From a virus, in the IMG/VR virus record IMGVR_UViG_3300047157_000126, positions 1-64,000 of that record: a stretch of DNA of 64,000 nucleotides. The stretch is one strand, 5' to 3'. The notes below the pieces were generated by a model. The model did no database searches. It saw only the letters and a list, made by a program, of their open reading frames with translations, and was not told the origin of the DNA. A program made the position numbers and the translations under genes. Below are positions 28,294-38,874 of this stretch, in pieces. Position 1 is the stretch's first letter. Each line of letters starts with the position of its first letter.

Positions 28294-30339
28294 TCACTTT
28301 TCCTCCTTCTCAACAAGATATACATCATAATCCTCTTTCTTTTCAGGTTGAGGGGAAGGTATGTCTTTAGCCCAGTTTTCTTCAGACCAGTACATTTCAT
28401 GTTCTTTACAAGTGTGGCAATCAGATTCTCCACATTGAATAAAATCACTACTGTAAATACTTCCGTATTTCCCTTTTGGGTGTCTCCTATGGTCTACAAT
28501 ATTTAGACCGTAAAACAAATCTCTGAGTGAATCAGTTTCAGGCTCTTCAGTTTTATTTTTGTATAGGTTGTTTCTCAACCAAGTTGGTTTTGCTTCAATT
28601 ATTCTTACAGCGTTAGTTAAATCATGATGTTCTACTTTTGTATTGTGCTCTATTTTCTTTTTGTGTCTGATGTATCTGACTATTTCATACAACATAAAAG
28701 CGTCATCTATATTTGCAACACCCGTAGTCCCCATATCAAAAGACCTTTTGTTTGTGAACTTGTTGAAGAAATGACCAGTGTTGTGTTGTGCATTCTCTAA
28801 TTTGTTAATAGCCACTAGTAATGGTGATAACTTGTGATATTGTTGGTCATCATTATCAATCAGAACTTTCTCTAAGATGTTTAACCAAACAGCACACTCT
28901 TTACCAAGGTCACAAGTTTCTGCATATTTCGTACCACCATATGATGATTCCCATCCTACTCTAAAACTAATTCTACAAAAATCTAAAATATCAGCAACTT
29001 GACTCCAATCAAAAGTACCTATCTCTGCTGGAAGATAGTAATGCTTCCTAGTTTCTGTCACCCCGTTATCTGATGAATCCATCACAAACAAGTTATCTTT
29101 TCCAATTACATGATGGAGAAAAACAGAATGGGTAATTGTTGCATTATTTTTCCTACGATTTGCATGTCTCATCTCTCCAACAGATATTGAAAACGTAGCC
29201 TTGACAATCCAAGCAGCAAATATACCAGCAAAGAATGCAACTTCTTTTGGATTCTGTAAAGGTCTTGCCTGAAACTGATGAAAGTATGTAGCCAACCAAC
29301 TGAATTGTTTACAGTAGAACTTGTTACCAAAATCTACACCTTCCATAAACTCAGTAAAATAATCTGCTGGATTGTATGGATTGGGTTTGAAATTACCATC
29401 TTGGTCTTTTACAACCCAACCATTAGCGGGTTCTACCCAACGCTCACCAACTTCTACATTACCCACAATGTAAGGTACTTTAGCACCTCTACAATGTGCT
29501 GCTATGTGAGATAACAATGAGCCATTTGGTTCTGCTACAACGAAACCTTCAGGACATTTTTCAGGAGTTATGTTCTCTTCTAACCACTGCATATTTTCTA
29601 AACCGTTTGCTGTGTATAAATTGTTTACAACAACTACCCCATCAGTAATAAAACCGTTTATGTCTACACCCTTTGGTGGTGGTTCTATCTGAATATGTTC
29701 ACCCGCTTTTCTAACCTGAGTAAAAAATGTTTTACTAACACCATCGAAATCATTTGTGTGATGTAAAATAGGCACATCAATGACAGGTACATCTTTAGTA
29801 AATCGTGTTGAAACTAATTCAATCTCATAATTATCATTGTCATAAACAGCATTGGTGTTACCAAGTCTGTACATTAAATCTTTCACAAATGTGCTGTGTA
29901 AATCTAAAGTAATAGTTTCACCATGCCCTGCTGTGATACCATCTGTCCCTCTTCCAATAATAATGTACCTTTGGCTGGGGGAAAGAACCGCACTAGCATG
30001 AGCATCTAATAATTGTTGTATAACAAAACAACCATCAGGTTCATGTTCACGCATGATTCTCTGCATTTTCCAAGCCTCATTGAGAAAGTTGTGCATGTCA
30101 ATTTTTGTAGAATCTATCACACCGTGTCTAGGTGTAACTGGACAAGTCCTCACAAAAACCTCTCTGTCATTATATCCACTTTTCTTTCTCCATGTTGATA
30201 GAGCATGTGGTAATTCCTCGATAGTACTAACCATTGATGTTGGTGTTTTTCTACCTGCTGTCTGTAAATCCAAAATACCAATAGCCTTTTGACTTCTGAT
30301 ACTACTTTTTCTTATATTATTCCATTCTCTTATTGTCAT
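28294..30339 (-). CDS. PEP-synthase/PPDK-like dikinase (ATP-grasp plus phospho-His swivel domain) with unknown C-terminal domain
   Basis: VFVRT, VIQQLL, GTDGITAG, EIE and FTQVR ATP-grasp-like motifs; GSLLSHIAAHCRGAKVPYIVG matches the PEP-utiliser mobile domain. Confidence 0.7.
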   Translation of the reverse strand: MTIREWNNIRKSSIRSQKAIGILDLQTAGRKTPTSMVSTIEELPHALSTWRKKSGYNDREVFVRTCPVTPRHGVIDSTKIDMHNFLNEAWKMQRIMREHEPDGCFVIQQLLDAHASAVLSPSQRYIIIGRGTDGITAGHGETITLDLHSTFVKDLMYRLGNTNAVYDNDNYEIELVSTRFTKDVPVIDVPILHHTNDFDGVSKTFFTQVRKAGEHIQIEPPPKGVDINGFITDGVVVVNNLYTANGLENMQWLEENITPEKCPEGFVVAEPNGSLLSHIAAHCRGAKVPYIVGNVEVGERWVEPANGWVVKDQDGNFKPNPYNPADYFTEFMEGVDFGNKFYCKQFSWLATYFHQFQARPLQNPKEVAFFAGIFAAWIVKATFSISVGEMRHANRRKNNATITHSVFLHHVIGKDNLFVMDSSDNGVTETRKHYYLPAEIGTFDWSQVADILDFCRISFRVGWESSYGGTKYAETCDLGKECAVWLNILEKVLIDNDDQQYHKLSPLLVAINKLENAQHNTGHFFNKFTNKRSFDMGTTGVANIDDAFMLYEIVRYIRHKKKIEHNTKVEHHDLTNAVRIIEAKPTWLRNNLYKNKTEEPETDSLRDLFYGLNIVDHRRHPKGKYGSIYSSDFIQCGESDCHTCKEHEMYWSEENWAKDIPSPQPEKKEDYDVYLVEKEEK

Positions 30340-30630
30340 TCATAATTCCTCCCACCATTTACCTTCGAAATCTTCCTCTGTCCAACCTTTCCATATCATC
30401 AAAGGCGCTTTAATATCTATCTCGAATGTCTCATCACCCCTTTCAAAAGGCGCATCATCCCAATGTATAGCATGGAATAGTTGTTTTCTTTGTTTATGTA
30501 ACAACTTCAACTCTTCATAAAAGTTCATATTAGTAACTTCTAAAGTGGTAATTCTTTCTCTTAATTCTTCATTCTCTTCTTGTAGTCTTTCAAGCATTGT
30601 TATTGTATCTTCATTTGTTCCTTCTTTCAT
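30340..30630 (-). CDS. Coiled-coil hypothetical protein
   Basis: 96 aa, heptad repeat. Confidence 0.55.
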   Translation of the reverse strand: MKEGTNEDTITMLERLQEENEELRERITTLEVTNMNFYEELKLLHKQRKQLFHAIHWDDAPFERGDETFEIDIKAPLMIWKGWTEEDFEGKWWEEL

Positions 30631-30801
30631 TCACTCTTCCTCCATTGTTGCCGGATATTTACTAAACAGTTCATTCCATAAACTGTGTACGTTATCAGGT
30701 GTCCAATTGTTGCACATAAACTCATCAAACTCACCTATAATTTTCTTGTATCTTTCATATCTAAATGCCATTTCTCTTACTGTTAATTTTTCTTCATTCA
30801 T
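30631..30801 (-). CDS. Small hypothetical protein (56 aa), not in ORF track
   Basis: MNEEKLTVREMAFRYERYK...MEEE*; directly after the promoter repeat and GGAGATGA RBS. Confidence 0.55.
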   Translation of the reverse strand: MNEEKLTVREMAFRYERYKKIIGEFDEFMCNNWTPDNVHSLWNELFSKYPATMEEE

Positions 30802-30821
30802 TTTGGTTCATCTCCTTATTC

Positions 30822-30842
30822 TTCATTTCTTTATATAGAATC
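30822..30842 (-). promoter_or_regulatory. 21-bp promoter-like repeat, copy 6
   Basis: GATTCTATATAAAGAAATGAAGAATAAGGAGATGAA. Confidence 0.8.
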
Positions 30843-32903
30843 TTAGTTTTTCCCTAATAATTCTAACATTTGAGCAGGTATCTCTCCCGCATCAATCATC
30901 TCATTTAGTATAGATGATGCAATACCCTTACGGGCTTCTATGTCCCCACCATCTAATACGCTCTTGGTAACTTCTCTTTTCTCTTCTATCAATCTGTGGA
31001 AGCGCTCATCAATTGTTCCTTTCACTGACAGATATACTGCATGAACTGTTTGTGCATCCTGTCCAATTCTATTGATTCTATCTTCTGCTTGTTCTTCCCA
31101 AGCACTCACCCATTGCCGTTCTACAAACACAACTGTGTCAGCAGCAGTCAATGTCAGACCTTCTTTCGCAGCCATACTACAAATCAAAATATCATACTGA
31201 TTGTCTTGGAATCCATCGGCTATCAGTTGCCTCTTTTTAGTTGGTGTGTCTCCCTTTATTGTGGCTACTCTTAATGAATTAAAACCGTCTTCTAAATTAG
31301 CAATGACATCCTTGTGGTGTGCGAAAATCAGAATTGGTTTTTCATTTTGTGATTTATAATTCAATACCCAATCAACAGTAGGTTTTACTTTCATAAGACC
31401 ACATTCGTGTCTCAAATCTGTAAGCATGTTCAACATGAATCCCGCAGGTAGTGAGCCTCCTCTACTCTTGATAGATTGGTATTCATCAACCCACCTTCTT
31501 TGATTATTCTTGTAGTGGTTGTATTCCTTATCAGTTGGTTTCACAAACAACGGTTGTCTTATCTTGTTAGGTAATTCATCCATAACTTCTTTCTTCAACC
31601 TACGGATTGTAAAGTCTCTAGTTATGTTGTGAAGTTCTTTTTCATTAGAAGACCCTCCTGTATTCCAACCAAAACCATCGTGGTAAGCATCAGCATATCT
31701 CTTTACAAACTTCATCCAACTAGAGAACTGTGCGCTTCTGATTAGATTTAGTGTAGTAAAATACTCCTCTGGTCTATTTGTAATCGCTGTACCACTCAAA
31801 CATATTACCCCTTCGGTTTCTTTTGCTATTTCCAATGTGGCTTTAGTTCTCTTGGTCCTTACATTCTTAAGGTAATGTGATTCATCAATGATTGAAAGAT
31901 TAAAACCAATCTTTTGTAATTGTTCCTTCCTCTTATACATCAAATCATAATTAATAACAACGAAGTCTGCTTCTTCAATATCTCCTTTCCAACCATTTAC
32001 CACAGTGGTTTTACAATTTGGAAGCCATCTTCTAATCTCATTGTACCAATTGTATTTCACTCCAGCAGGACATACAACTAGGACAGGCCATTGCTCTTGA
32101 TGAAGGGCAGCATAACCAATTGCTTGAACTGTTTTCCCAAGGCCCATATCATCACCAATCAAACATCTTCCTCCCGCCAATTCAGCAAATCTTACACCAA
32201 CATATTGAAAGGGAAACAACTCTAAACCGTCAGCAAACATACCATCGAGTCTTTCTTTCATTTCTTTTACAACTTCTTTGTCATCAAGTTCTGGTGCATC
32301 GGAAATAGCAATTCTCTTCGCTAGACCTTCCATCCACTCACTAACTTCAGGAAGTGTTTCAATTGCTTCTTTCAATGGGTCATAGACACCTTCTAGTTGG
32401 GCAACAAGTAAACCTGCTTCAGCAATAGGAATCCTCCAAACTTTCTTCTTTGCATCCCAAGCCCTATTAGGTATATTCTTGACTGTATTTCTAACAGTAT
32501 CACGAAGTTCAACATCAGAAAGCCAAGGCCAATTCAATTCAATTTCACCTTTGACAACTTCTGCTGATACAGTTTTATTACTGTTGTAGTTTTTAACTGG
32601 TATTGAAGAAATCATTGCTGATAATTGACTCACATCAAAGTGTGGCGCAAGAACTTCAATGGCTTTCAGTACAACGTTTTTGTCATATCTGATAGACCAT
32701 TTACCATCGGTGTATTTTAGATTATAATACCCATCAAGTAGTCTCATCTCACTCTTTAGTTCCGCTTGAACGTTAGGTAGGTAAGGCATATCTAACTGTA
32801 TACGTTTACTCGGTATTGGGTATTTTCTATTTGGGTCATCTTTCTTGTACCAATACTCAGTCATGATAGTGGTTTGTAGTATTCCTCGCATCATCTTTAC
32901 CAC
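30843..32903 (-). CDS. SNF2-family (HARP/SMARCAL1-like) helicase
   Basis: DDMGLGKT, DESH, LSGT, GLTLTAAD, QAEDRINRIGQ; HARP-like WDAKKKVWRIP. Confidence 0.92.
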   Translation of the reverse strand: MVKMMRGILQTTIMTEYWYKKDDPNRKYPIPSKRIQLDMPYLPNVQAELKSEMRLLDGYYNLKYTDGKWSIRYDKNVVLKAIEVLAPHFDVSQLSAMISSIPVKNYNSNKTVSAEVVKGEIELNWPWLSDVELRDTVRNTVKNIPNRAWDAKKKVWRIPIAEAGLLVAQLEGVYDPLKEAIETLPEVSEWMEGLAKRIAISDAPELDDKEVVKEMKERLDGMFADGLELFPFQYVGVRFAELAGGRCLIGDDMGLGKTVQAIGYAALHQEQWPVLVVCPAGVKYNWYNEIRRWLPNCKTTVVNGWKGDIEEADFVVINYDLMYKRKEQLQKIGFNLSIIDESHYLKNVRTKRTKATLEIAKETEGVICLSGTAITNRPEEYFTTLNLIRSAQFSSWMKFVKRYADAYHDGFGWNTGGSSNEKELHNITRDFTIRRLKKEVMDELPNKIRQPLFVKPTDKEYNHYKNNQRRWVDEYQSIKSRGGSLPAGFMLNMLTDLRHECGLMKVKPTVDWVLNYKSQNEKPILIFAHHKDVIANLEDGFNSLRVATIKGDTPTKKRQLIADGFQDNQYDILICSMAAKEGLTLTAADTVVFVERQWVSAWEEQAEDRINRIGQDAQTVHAVYLSVKGTIDERFHRLIEEKREVTKSVLDGGDIEARKGIASSILNEMIDAGEIPAQMLELLGKN

Positions 32904-33550
32904 CCATCATCACAACATGAGTTACGACAATCAAGACAGACCATATTCCCACAACAGTCTGCTTCTTCGGCATTTCCAAAACCTTGATTTGGTGCGTCAT
33001 CTGATGCTGCCTCCATTTTGTAATCACCTTCAGTCCCACCACAATTGGTAAATGCTATCTTAATTTCCCACTCAGGAACTTCATAAAAAACGGTATATAT
33101 CTTATAGAAATCTTCCCTAGAAATATTTTGTCTGTGTTCTTCTGGTAATCTGTTACGGTTCTGATATACTTCTCCAGTTAATTTGTTACGGTATTTATCA
33201 GTCAGAAAAGCCTCAATCGCAAACATTCTCTCTTCACTAAACTCGCTATCTGTATTTCTAGTTGCTTCCCAAAAACTAGAAGGGTCTTTTTCCAAGTCTT
33301 GTCCTTCCATACTCTCACACTTCTCAGGAAAGTTAGCCCTTGCTTGCCACGCATACAAGTCTACTCCACCTATCTCACCATAGTCATCGTAAGTATCTAT
33401 GATGTGGTTACCGTCAGGCATGTAGGCTATTGCCTCTCCACCATCTTGTAATCTCTTGTTACAAGAATGACATTCACCTTCATAAGTGTTATATTGAGGG
33501 CTTACTTCTAAGCCACAACCACAATTACACATCCATGCAAAACTACCCAT
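32897..33550 (-). CDS. Hypothetical Cys-containing phage protein
   Basis: MGSFAWMC...YDDYGEIGG...D.PNQGF. Confidence 0.6.
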   Translation of the reverse strand: MGSFAWMCNCGCGLEVSPQYNTYEGECHSCNKRLQDGGEAIAYMPDGNHIIDTYDDYGEIGGVDLYAWQARANFPEKCESMEGQDLEKDPSSFWEATRNTDSEFSEERMFAIEAFLTDKYRNKLTGEVYQNRNRLPEEHRQNISREDFYKIYTVFYEVPEWEIKIAFTNCGGTEGDYKMEAASDDAPNQGFGNAEEADCCGNMVCLDCRNSCCDDGW

Positions 33551-33769
33551 TCACTCATCACCTCTACTGTATTCCAATAGTGCATCACCGTCATCACCAG
33601 CATACTCCATGAGTATTTTGTATGAACAATTTAATTTGTGATACGCTTCTAACGCCTTGTCTTTATCGTCAAACTTTTCAAAGTCATCAAAGACACCCAA
33701 TGGTGGTTCTGTTTTTTCATACCAAATGTGTAATTCATACACAGTTTTTGTTTCACTTAAGTCAATCAT
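33551..33769 (-). CDS. Hypothetical protein
   Basis: 72 aa, translationally coupled. Confidence 0.55.
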   Translation of the reverse strand: MIDLSETKTVYELHIWYEKTEPPLGVFDDFEKFDDKDKALEAYHKLNCSYKILMEYAGDDGDALLEYSRGDE

Positions 33770-34059
33770 TCGTAAATCATCTCCTTGACTTCATCCTCAT
33801 CCTTGTCCAAGTGATACATCACCCAGTGCAATAGAGCAGTGTGGTAGTCCTGCAACTCCTTGTATGCTTCAAGGAGAAGTGGTGCGTCTTGAATCAGATT
33901 CGTGGTAGCATTTGCTCGCTCTGTGTCTGCATTCAGTTGATTGGAATCAGTTACCCAAAACATATCATAGTCACTAGGAACTGCATCATCAGTATTCCAC
34001 AATTCAACTGACGACTCATGGTAAGTATAGTGTCCTTCGTATTTGTCTGTGTCAATCAT
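33766..34059 (-). CDS. Hypothetical protein
   Basis: 97 aa; MIDTD start; A...LIQDAPLLLEA motif common in phage early proteins. Confidence 0.55.
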   Translation of the reverse strand: MIDTDKYEGHYTYHESSVELWNTDDAVPSDYDMFWVTDSNQLNADTERANATTNLIQDAPLLLEAYKELQDYHTALLHWVMYHLDKDEDEVKEMIYE

Positions 34060-35126
34060 TCAAAATCACTCGCTGGTACTAAATATTCTTCAAACACTTC
34101 ACTATCTTCTTCGTCTTTCATTTCCATGAATTGCTCTGCAAGTCTCCAAGCATCTTTCTTACGCCTTGCTAATTCACCAAACAGAACTGACTCTTGTCTC
34201 TTGAGAGACTTCTTACCATCTTTGAGTGTAGTAAATCGGTGGTCAATTGCTTCTGTAATAATATTGTATGCTTGCCAAAGAGTACCGGACATTCTACCAA
34301 CATTGTTGGAAGCCTCGTAAAGTAACTCTTCAACTTCTTTCAGTTTGTTTTCACCACGTGTATGTAATTTACCATCTTCATCTCTCTTTAGTTTGAGAGT
34401 GTCAGCCCAGTAAAGCCTCATGTCCTCTATTTCCATTGGGGTATTTAGCATGTCATCAGCCATCTCGCCCCACTCAAAGAACTCTTGGTTAATCATACCA
34501 AGTGTCTCACGAACTTCATCTACATGGTCAAACATTTTTCCTGTGTGTCTAATGTTGTGTCCAACCCCACCTCTGTTCAAAGCCCAAGTCAAAGTGTTGT
34601 TACAAACCACACGAACTGGAGTTTGTAAAATCTTAACTGCTCCAGTTCCGTCATGTGTATTACTAATTAGAATGAACTGCTGAACTTCATCAACACCGTC
34701 AAGAATAATACTATTCGGCATCTTTGCTAGAATCCATACACGTTCCCCATTACCTAGTGCCCCACACACTTCTATCTTCGCTTCTTGGTTTTGGAATATC
34801 TCATCCATAAGAGCAAAAGCGTCTACATTTTGAAGCGCTGTCCATACTCTACCAACTGCTTTACCTTTGCGAGTTAATGGAATCATGTTACCTTCCAAGT
34901 CATCTCTGAATACACCAAATGTATCAGGTACTCTAACTGGGTTACCTTCTTCATCCATTGCATACAATGGTTCTTTTCGTACTGTCCAATCTAGGTGTGC
35001 CATTTCCAAGGCTTCGACTGAAGTCATCAGACCAGAAGCCTGTTGTCCCAACCCATGCCAAGGAGTATCACCACTCCATGCTGTCATATAATTTCCTGTC
35101 GTCGTTTGTGCTATTTCGTGTGCCAT
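34056..35126 (-). CDS. DUF932-family phage/plasmid protein
   Basis: PWHGLG, LDWTV, QN.DAF, NTHDG, TPVRVVCNNTL, RHTG, GTLWQAYN. Confidence 0.85.
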   Translation of the reverse strand: MAHEIAQTTTGNYMTAWSGDTPWHGLGQQASGLMTSVEALEMAHLDWTVRKEPLYAMDEEGNPVRVPDTFGVFRDDLEGNMIPLTRKGKAVGRVWTALQNVDAFALMDEIFQNQEAKIEVCGALGNGERVWILAKMPNSIILDGVDEVQQFILISNTHDGTGAVKILQTPVRVVCNNTLTWALNRGGVGHNIRHTGKMFDHVDEVRETLGMINQEFFEWGEMADDMLNTPMEIEDMRLYWADTLKLKRDEDGKLHTRGENKLKEVEELLYEASNNVGRMSGTLWQAYNIITEAIDHRFTTLKDGKKSLKRQESVLFGELARRKKDAWRLAEQFMEMKDEEDSEVFEEYLVPASDFE

Positions 35127-35128
35127 AT

Positions 35129-35323
35129 TTATTCATCTCCTGTTGTTTTTATTTTTCCTGTTATTTCATCTAAGTACAGTTTACCAATTGTTGTGGTAAA
35201 AATTGTACCGTTCATCATGTGAATGTCCATTGTTTCGTTATCATAGTTATATGTAAACGCCACAATAGCATCCAAATCCATCGTTGTTATTCCTGTTTTT
35301 GTATTTACTTTTTCATATCTCAT
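35129..35323 (-). CDS. Small hypothetical protein after a promoter repeat
   Basis: 64 aa; GGAGATGA RBS. Confidence 0.55.
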   Translation of the reverse strand: MRYEKVNTKTGITTMDLDAIVAFTYNYDNETMDIHMMNGTIFTTTIGKLYLDEITGKIKTTGDE

Positions 35324-36668
35324 TTTGGCTCATCTCCTTATTCTTCATTTCTTTATATAGAATCTTCATTCTTGGTTCTCCATCAACGGATAGAAGGAGA
35401 AGGAGATACACACCATACTCATAGCCATCTTGGTAGTATTTCCAAAGATACTCACTTCCATCACCTAATTCATCTGCTATAATAGCAGACTGTAAATATT
35501 CATCAGCATGAACCATTCCTTGTTCTATAAGACCATCCTCTACACCGCGTTTGAATGCTTGAATGATGTCCTTTCTACTTTGTATAATTGAGTCAATCAT
35601 TCTTGAGTCAATCATTCTTCTTCCTCCTTTTCATATCCCACAATCTTACTATTCATGTCTATAACCACATCTAACAATGAGATTTTTTTGTCGCTACCTC
35701 TTTCATAATTACCCGACAAAAGGAATAGTTCTCTTCTCGCTTGTTCGAGGTCAATATTTACGCTGTCACTACCGTAAATAATCACATTCTTTAGTGCTTT
35801 AATGTAACCATTATACCACTCTATCTGTTCTTTCTCTGTTAGTTCCTTCCACCATGTAGGTTTAGGGCCGGGTTCATATGCATAACTCATTCTTCCATCT
35901 CCTCTTCGGTTTTGAAAACAAGTTGAACTGTTTTATCTGTTTCTTTAATGTCTAAATATTTGTCTGCTATAATGTAACCTTCACCATAGAAATGGTCTGG
36001 TATGTAATTGAAAACCCAAGAGTACGGTAGTCTAGCACCTTGAGCACGGCTCAAGTAATCATTACCATGGTGTTGTTCAATCATTTGTACAAACTTATCT
36101 TCAGCAAAGAAAGCATTCTTCACTACATCGTATTCAATCTTATCATCTATATCTTGTAGTCGCCCAACTAAATCTCTAGTTTTCAACGCTGCCTGTCTTG
36201 CAATAAACTCTCTTGTTGTTTCGTTAGCAACATTGCTACTCCATCCAGTATCGGCCATTTTCTGCACAAACTCTTCAGAAATCTTCCAACCAACTTCGTT
36301 GAAACGCAGGGTTGCTTCCTTTACTGAAATAAAACGGGAGTAGTTTTTATTTGCTATTCTGCCTACACCACTAGCCATTGAAACCACTGCTACATTCCAA
36401 CTGTGTATCTGTTGCCATTCATCTTCTGTCCATTCATCTTTATTTTTTACTGTTATATTCAAACTCATTCTTCTTCATCTCCATAATTTTCTTTCATCCA
36501 TGCCGCCTCAAGTTTCCGCAACCGCTTGACTTCTGCGAGCAGGTCATTCAATCCCTTTTTCTGTTCGCTCCAATCATCGCCGTATTGCTCATTATTTTCT
36601 AAGAACGCTACTACTTCCCCTACTACATGCCAATTGAGAAACTTATCGTGGCTGTCTGTGTCAATCAT
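35313..36668 (-). CDS. Four coupled small hypothetical genes (35313-35615, 35612-35890, 35887-36468, 36465-36668)
   Basis: ATGA overlaps, EEE* ends, GGAGG/GGAGATG RBSs. Confidence 0.55.
35344..35364 (-). promoter_or_regulatory. 21-bp promoter-like repeat, copy 5
   Basis: GATTCTATATAAAGAAATGAAGAATAAGGAGATGA. Confidence 0.8.
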
Positions 36669-36940
36669 TCCTCTTCCACCTCTTCAATTTCTACGTGTTC
36701 AGCATTGAATAAAGCGTCGTTGTATGGCTTCCCAAACAATTCATGTGTTACCCATAGTTGTTCTTCAAGTTCTTCAGCGTCTTCTGCCAAACACGTTATC
36801 GTTCCTTCGTATGTTACTCTTACCTCATATGTTTTTTCTTTCATTCTTCTTCCTCCTGTGTTCTGTTTGTTTTGTTTTCATTCATTCTTCGTGCTTTATA
36901 TTTCATATTATATCTCGCTTTTCTTGCTGCATTTTGTCTT

Positions 36941-37458
36941 TTATTCGGCATAGCCTTCACCTCTCTCTTCTTCATCTAAATAATACATAGCATACTCTGG
37001 GTACTCTCTCAGTATCTCAACAACAGTATCGTGGTTGGAATTATATTCTTCACCATCAGTATATCTCGCTGTAAAATACGCCCGTATTATTGTGTCCATT
37101 TCATCATTAGTCATCATTTCTGCATCTCTCATTCTTCTTCATCTCCTTCGTTAAAGTACCAACTAAAGTTGGTTTGTCTTTTTTTACTCTTACCTAATGC
37201 CTGTAAGTGGTGTAAAACCGAAGCAATTCTTTCAAACTCTTTAGCAAGACACGCAATCCTCATACCTCTTGTGTGTTGGTGGTAACTACTATTTTGGTAT
37301 GTATCAGTATTCCAAGTAGCGCTGAGTAATTCAATTAACTCATTTTTCTTATCCATATGTGCTATTTGAGCCATTAATAATAATTCATCATAATCCATTT
37401 GCATTCTGTTTCCATCTATGTAATTTCCTTTTCTTTCAATCATTTTTCTTTCATTCAT
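36941..37458 (-). CDS. Two coupled small hypothetical genes (36941-37132, 37129-37458)
   Basis: Follow the promoter repeat at 37479; ATGA overlap. Confidence 0.55.
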
Positions 37459-37478
37459 CTTAATTCATCTCCTTATTC

Positions 37479-37499
37479 TTCATTTCTTTATATAGAATC
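37479..37499 (-). promoter_or_regulatory. 21-bp promoter-like repeat, copy 4
   Basis: GATTCTATATAAAGAAATGAAGAATAAGGAGATGAATTAAGATG. Confidence 0.8.
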
Positions 37500-37706
37500 T
37501 TAGTTCTTAAGACCCCGTTGGTATTAATTCATTTATATAATGTACTCGACAGTATATAAATAAAGCAATCAAATATCATGTATTACCACCATAATCTTTC
37601 ACTATCATCTTTCTACCACTCATACCAAAGCGGTAGTTATCATGTGTAGCATTCGCTATCTAGGTTCAGTCATTCCTCTGTTCAACATCCCATCGTCGCG
37701 CTCCAT

Positions 37707-38261
37707 TTAGCACCACGACCCCCACAAGTATATTCCCTTCTTAGTCTCTATCTTGGTATAGTTATACATTTGGTCGCGAGCATAATGTTCCCAATTAACG
37801 TAACCAACAAGTGGGTTATCATCAGTAGCAATACCAATATCATGTGCTTCGTTCATAAAGTAATCTTTGAGTTCAAACTCATACTCACATGCATAGAATA
37901 AGTTTTCTTTGACGTGTTCAACATTGTCTGACATTTCTTGAGTAGTGCTGTAGTTATTTTTACAGGCTATTAGTATAGCATCTCTGTCATCATCACCATC
38001 TAAGTATTCAAAGAGAGAATACAAGTGTTGTATGTCTGGGTTCTCTCCTAAGTTAATACCATCGTAGTCTTGAATATGACATTCATCATGGTGTTCGTGG
38101 GTGCAACCTGCAAGTTTACAAAGTCCACGACCTGTGTGTATGACACCATCTTCATCTACTAGTTGTTCATATGAAATCCACTTGAATACTAAACGACCTT
38201 CCGCATAACATCCAAGGCATCCCATTGCTATATTTTTATCACTATTTATTTGTTCATTCAT
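37707..38261 (-). CDS. ardA: ArdA-like anti-restriction (DNA-mimic) protein
   Basis: Y.EG.L..KW, E.HIQDYDG..LGE, YVNWEHYARD; highly acidic 184 aa. Confidence 0.7.
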   Translation of the reverse strand: MNEQINSDKNIAMGCLGCYAEGRLVFKWISYEQLVDEDGVIHTGRGLCKLAGCTHEHHDECHIQDYDGINLGENPDIQHLYSLFEYLDGDDDRDAILIACKNNYSTTQEMSDNVEHVKENLFYACEYEFELKDYFMNEAHDIGIATDDNPLVGYVNWEHYARDQMYNYTKIETKKGIYLWGSWC

Positions 38262-38444
38262 TTAACATCCCTCCGGTACAAAATCAAAACCATGGTCCAT
38301 CAGTAAGTAACTAGCATATGCAAGCATGTCGGCATAGTAATAAGAACCATCCTCCATGTTTATTACCACTCTAATAGTTTCATGCTCTTCATCATGCCAT
38401 GCTTCTATGTTTTTTATTTCTGTTAATTTATCTGTCATCTTAAT

Positions 38445-38648
38445 TCATCTCCTGTACCTTAGTTCTGCATAACTTTTCCATAGTATGTTGTACTGTTTTC
38501 TCATACTTTTTACTTCTCCAAACAGTATGTTGTAATTCCTTAAACTTGTTCGCACCACTTCATCTATGTCCGTTTCATCTACTTCAATCAAACTGTGTAA
38601 TTCCTCTAACATATCTCTTTCTAGTTCTTTCCAATTTTGTTTGTTCAT
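38445..38648 (-). CDS. Small hypothetical protein
   Basis: 67 aa; GGGGG RBS. Confidence 0.5.
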   Translation of the reverse strand: MNKQNWKELERDMLEELHSLIEVDETDIDEVVRTSLRNYNILFGEVKSMRKQYNILWKSYAELRYRR

Positions 38649-38849
38649 CTTAATTTTCCCCCCGTCTAATCTGGCTAAAAGTTAAGCCATATATTTCCTC
38701 AATAATATCAGTAGGAATCATTACATACGGTGCATTCCTTTCAGCATCGCATGTAATTTTACCATACCCATATATGTCATCTGCATTCTTTCTTATAAAA
38801 TCCAATAATAATTCATTTCCTTTGTTCATCTTAATTCATCTCCTTGTTA

Positions 38850-38870
38850 TTCATTTCTTTATATAGAATC
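38850..38870 (-). promoter_or_regulatory. 21-bp promoter-like repeat, copy 3
   Basis: GATTCTATATAAAGAAATGAATAACAAGGAGATGAATTAAGATG. Confidence 0.8.
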
Positions 38871-38874
38871 TCTT

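Noticed and set aside
37531-37561. ATTTATATA/TATATAAAT palindrome
   Set aside because: Short and low complexity; may be TATA-like boxes but cannot be told from chance
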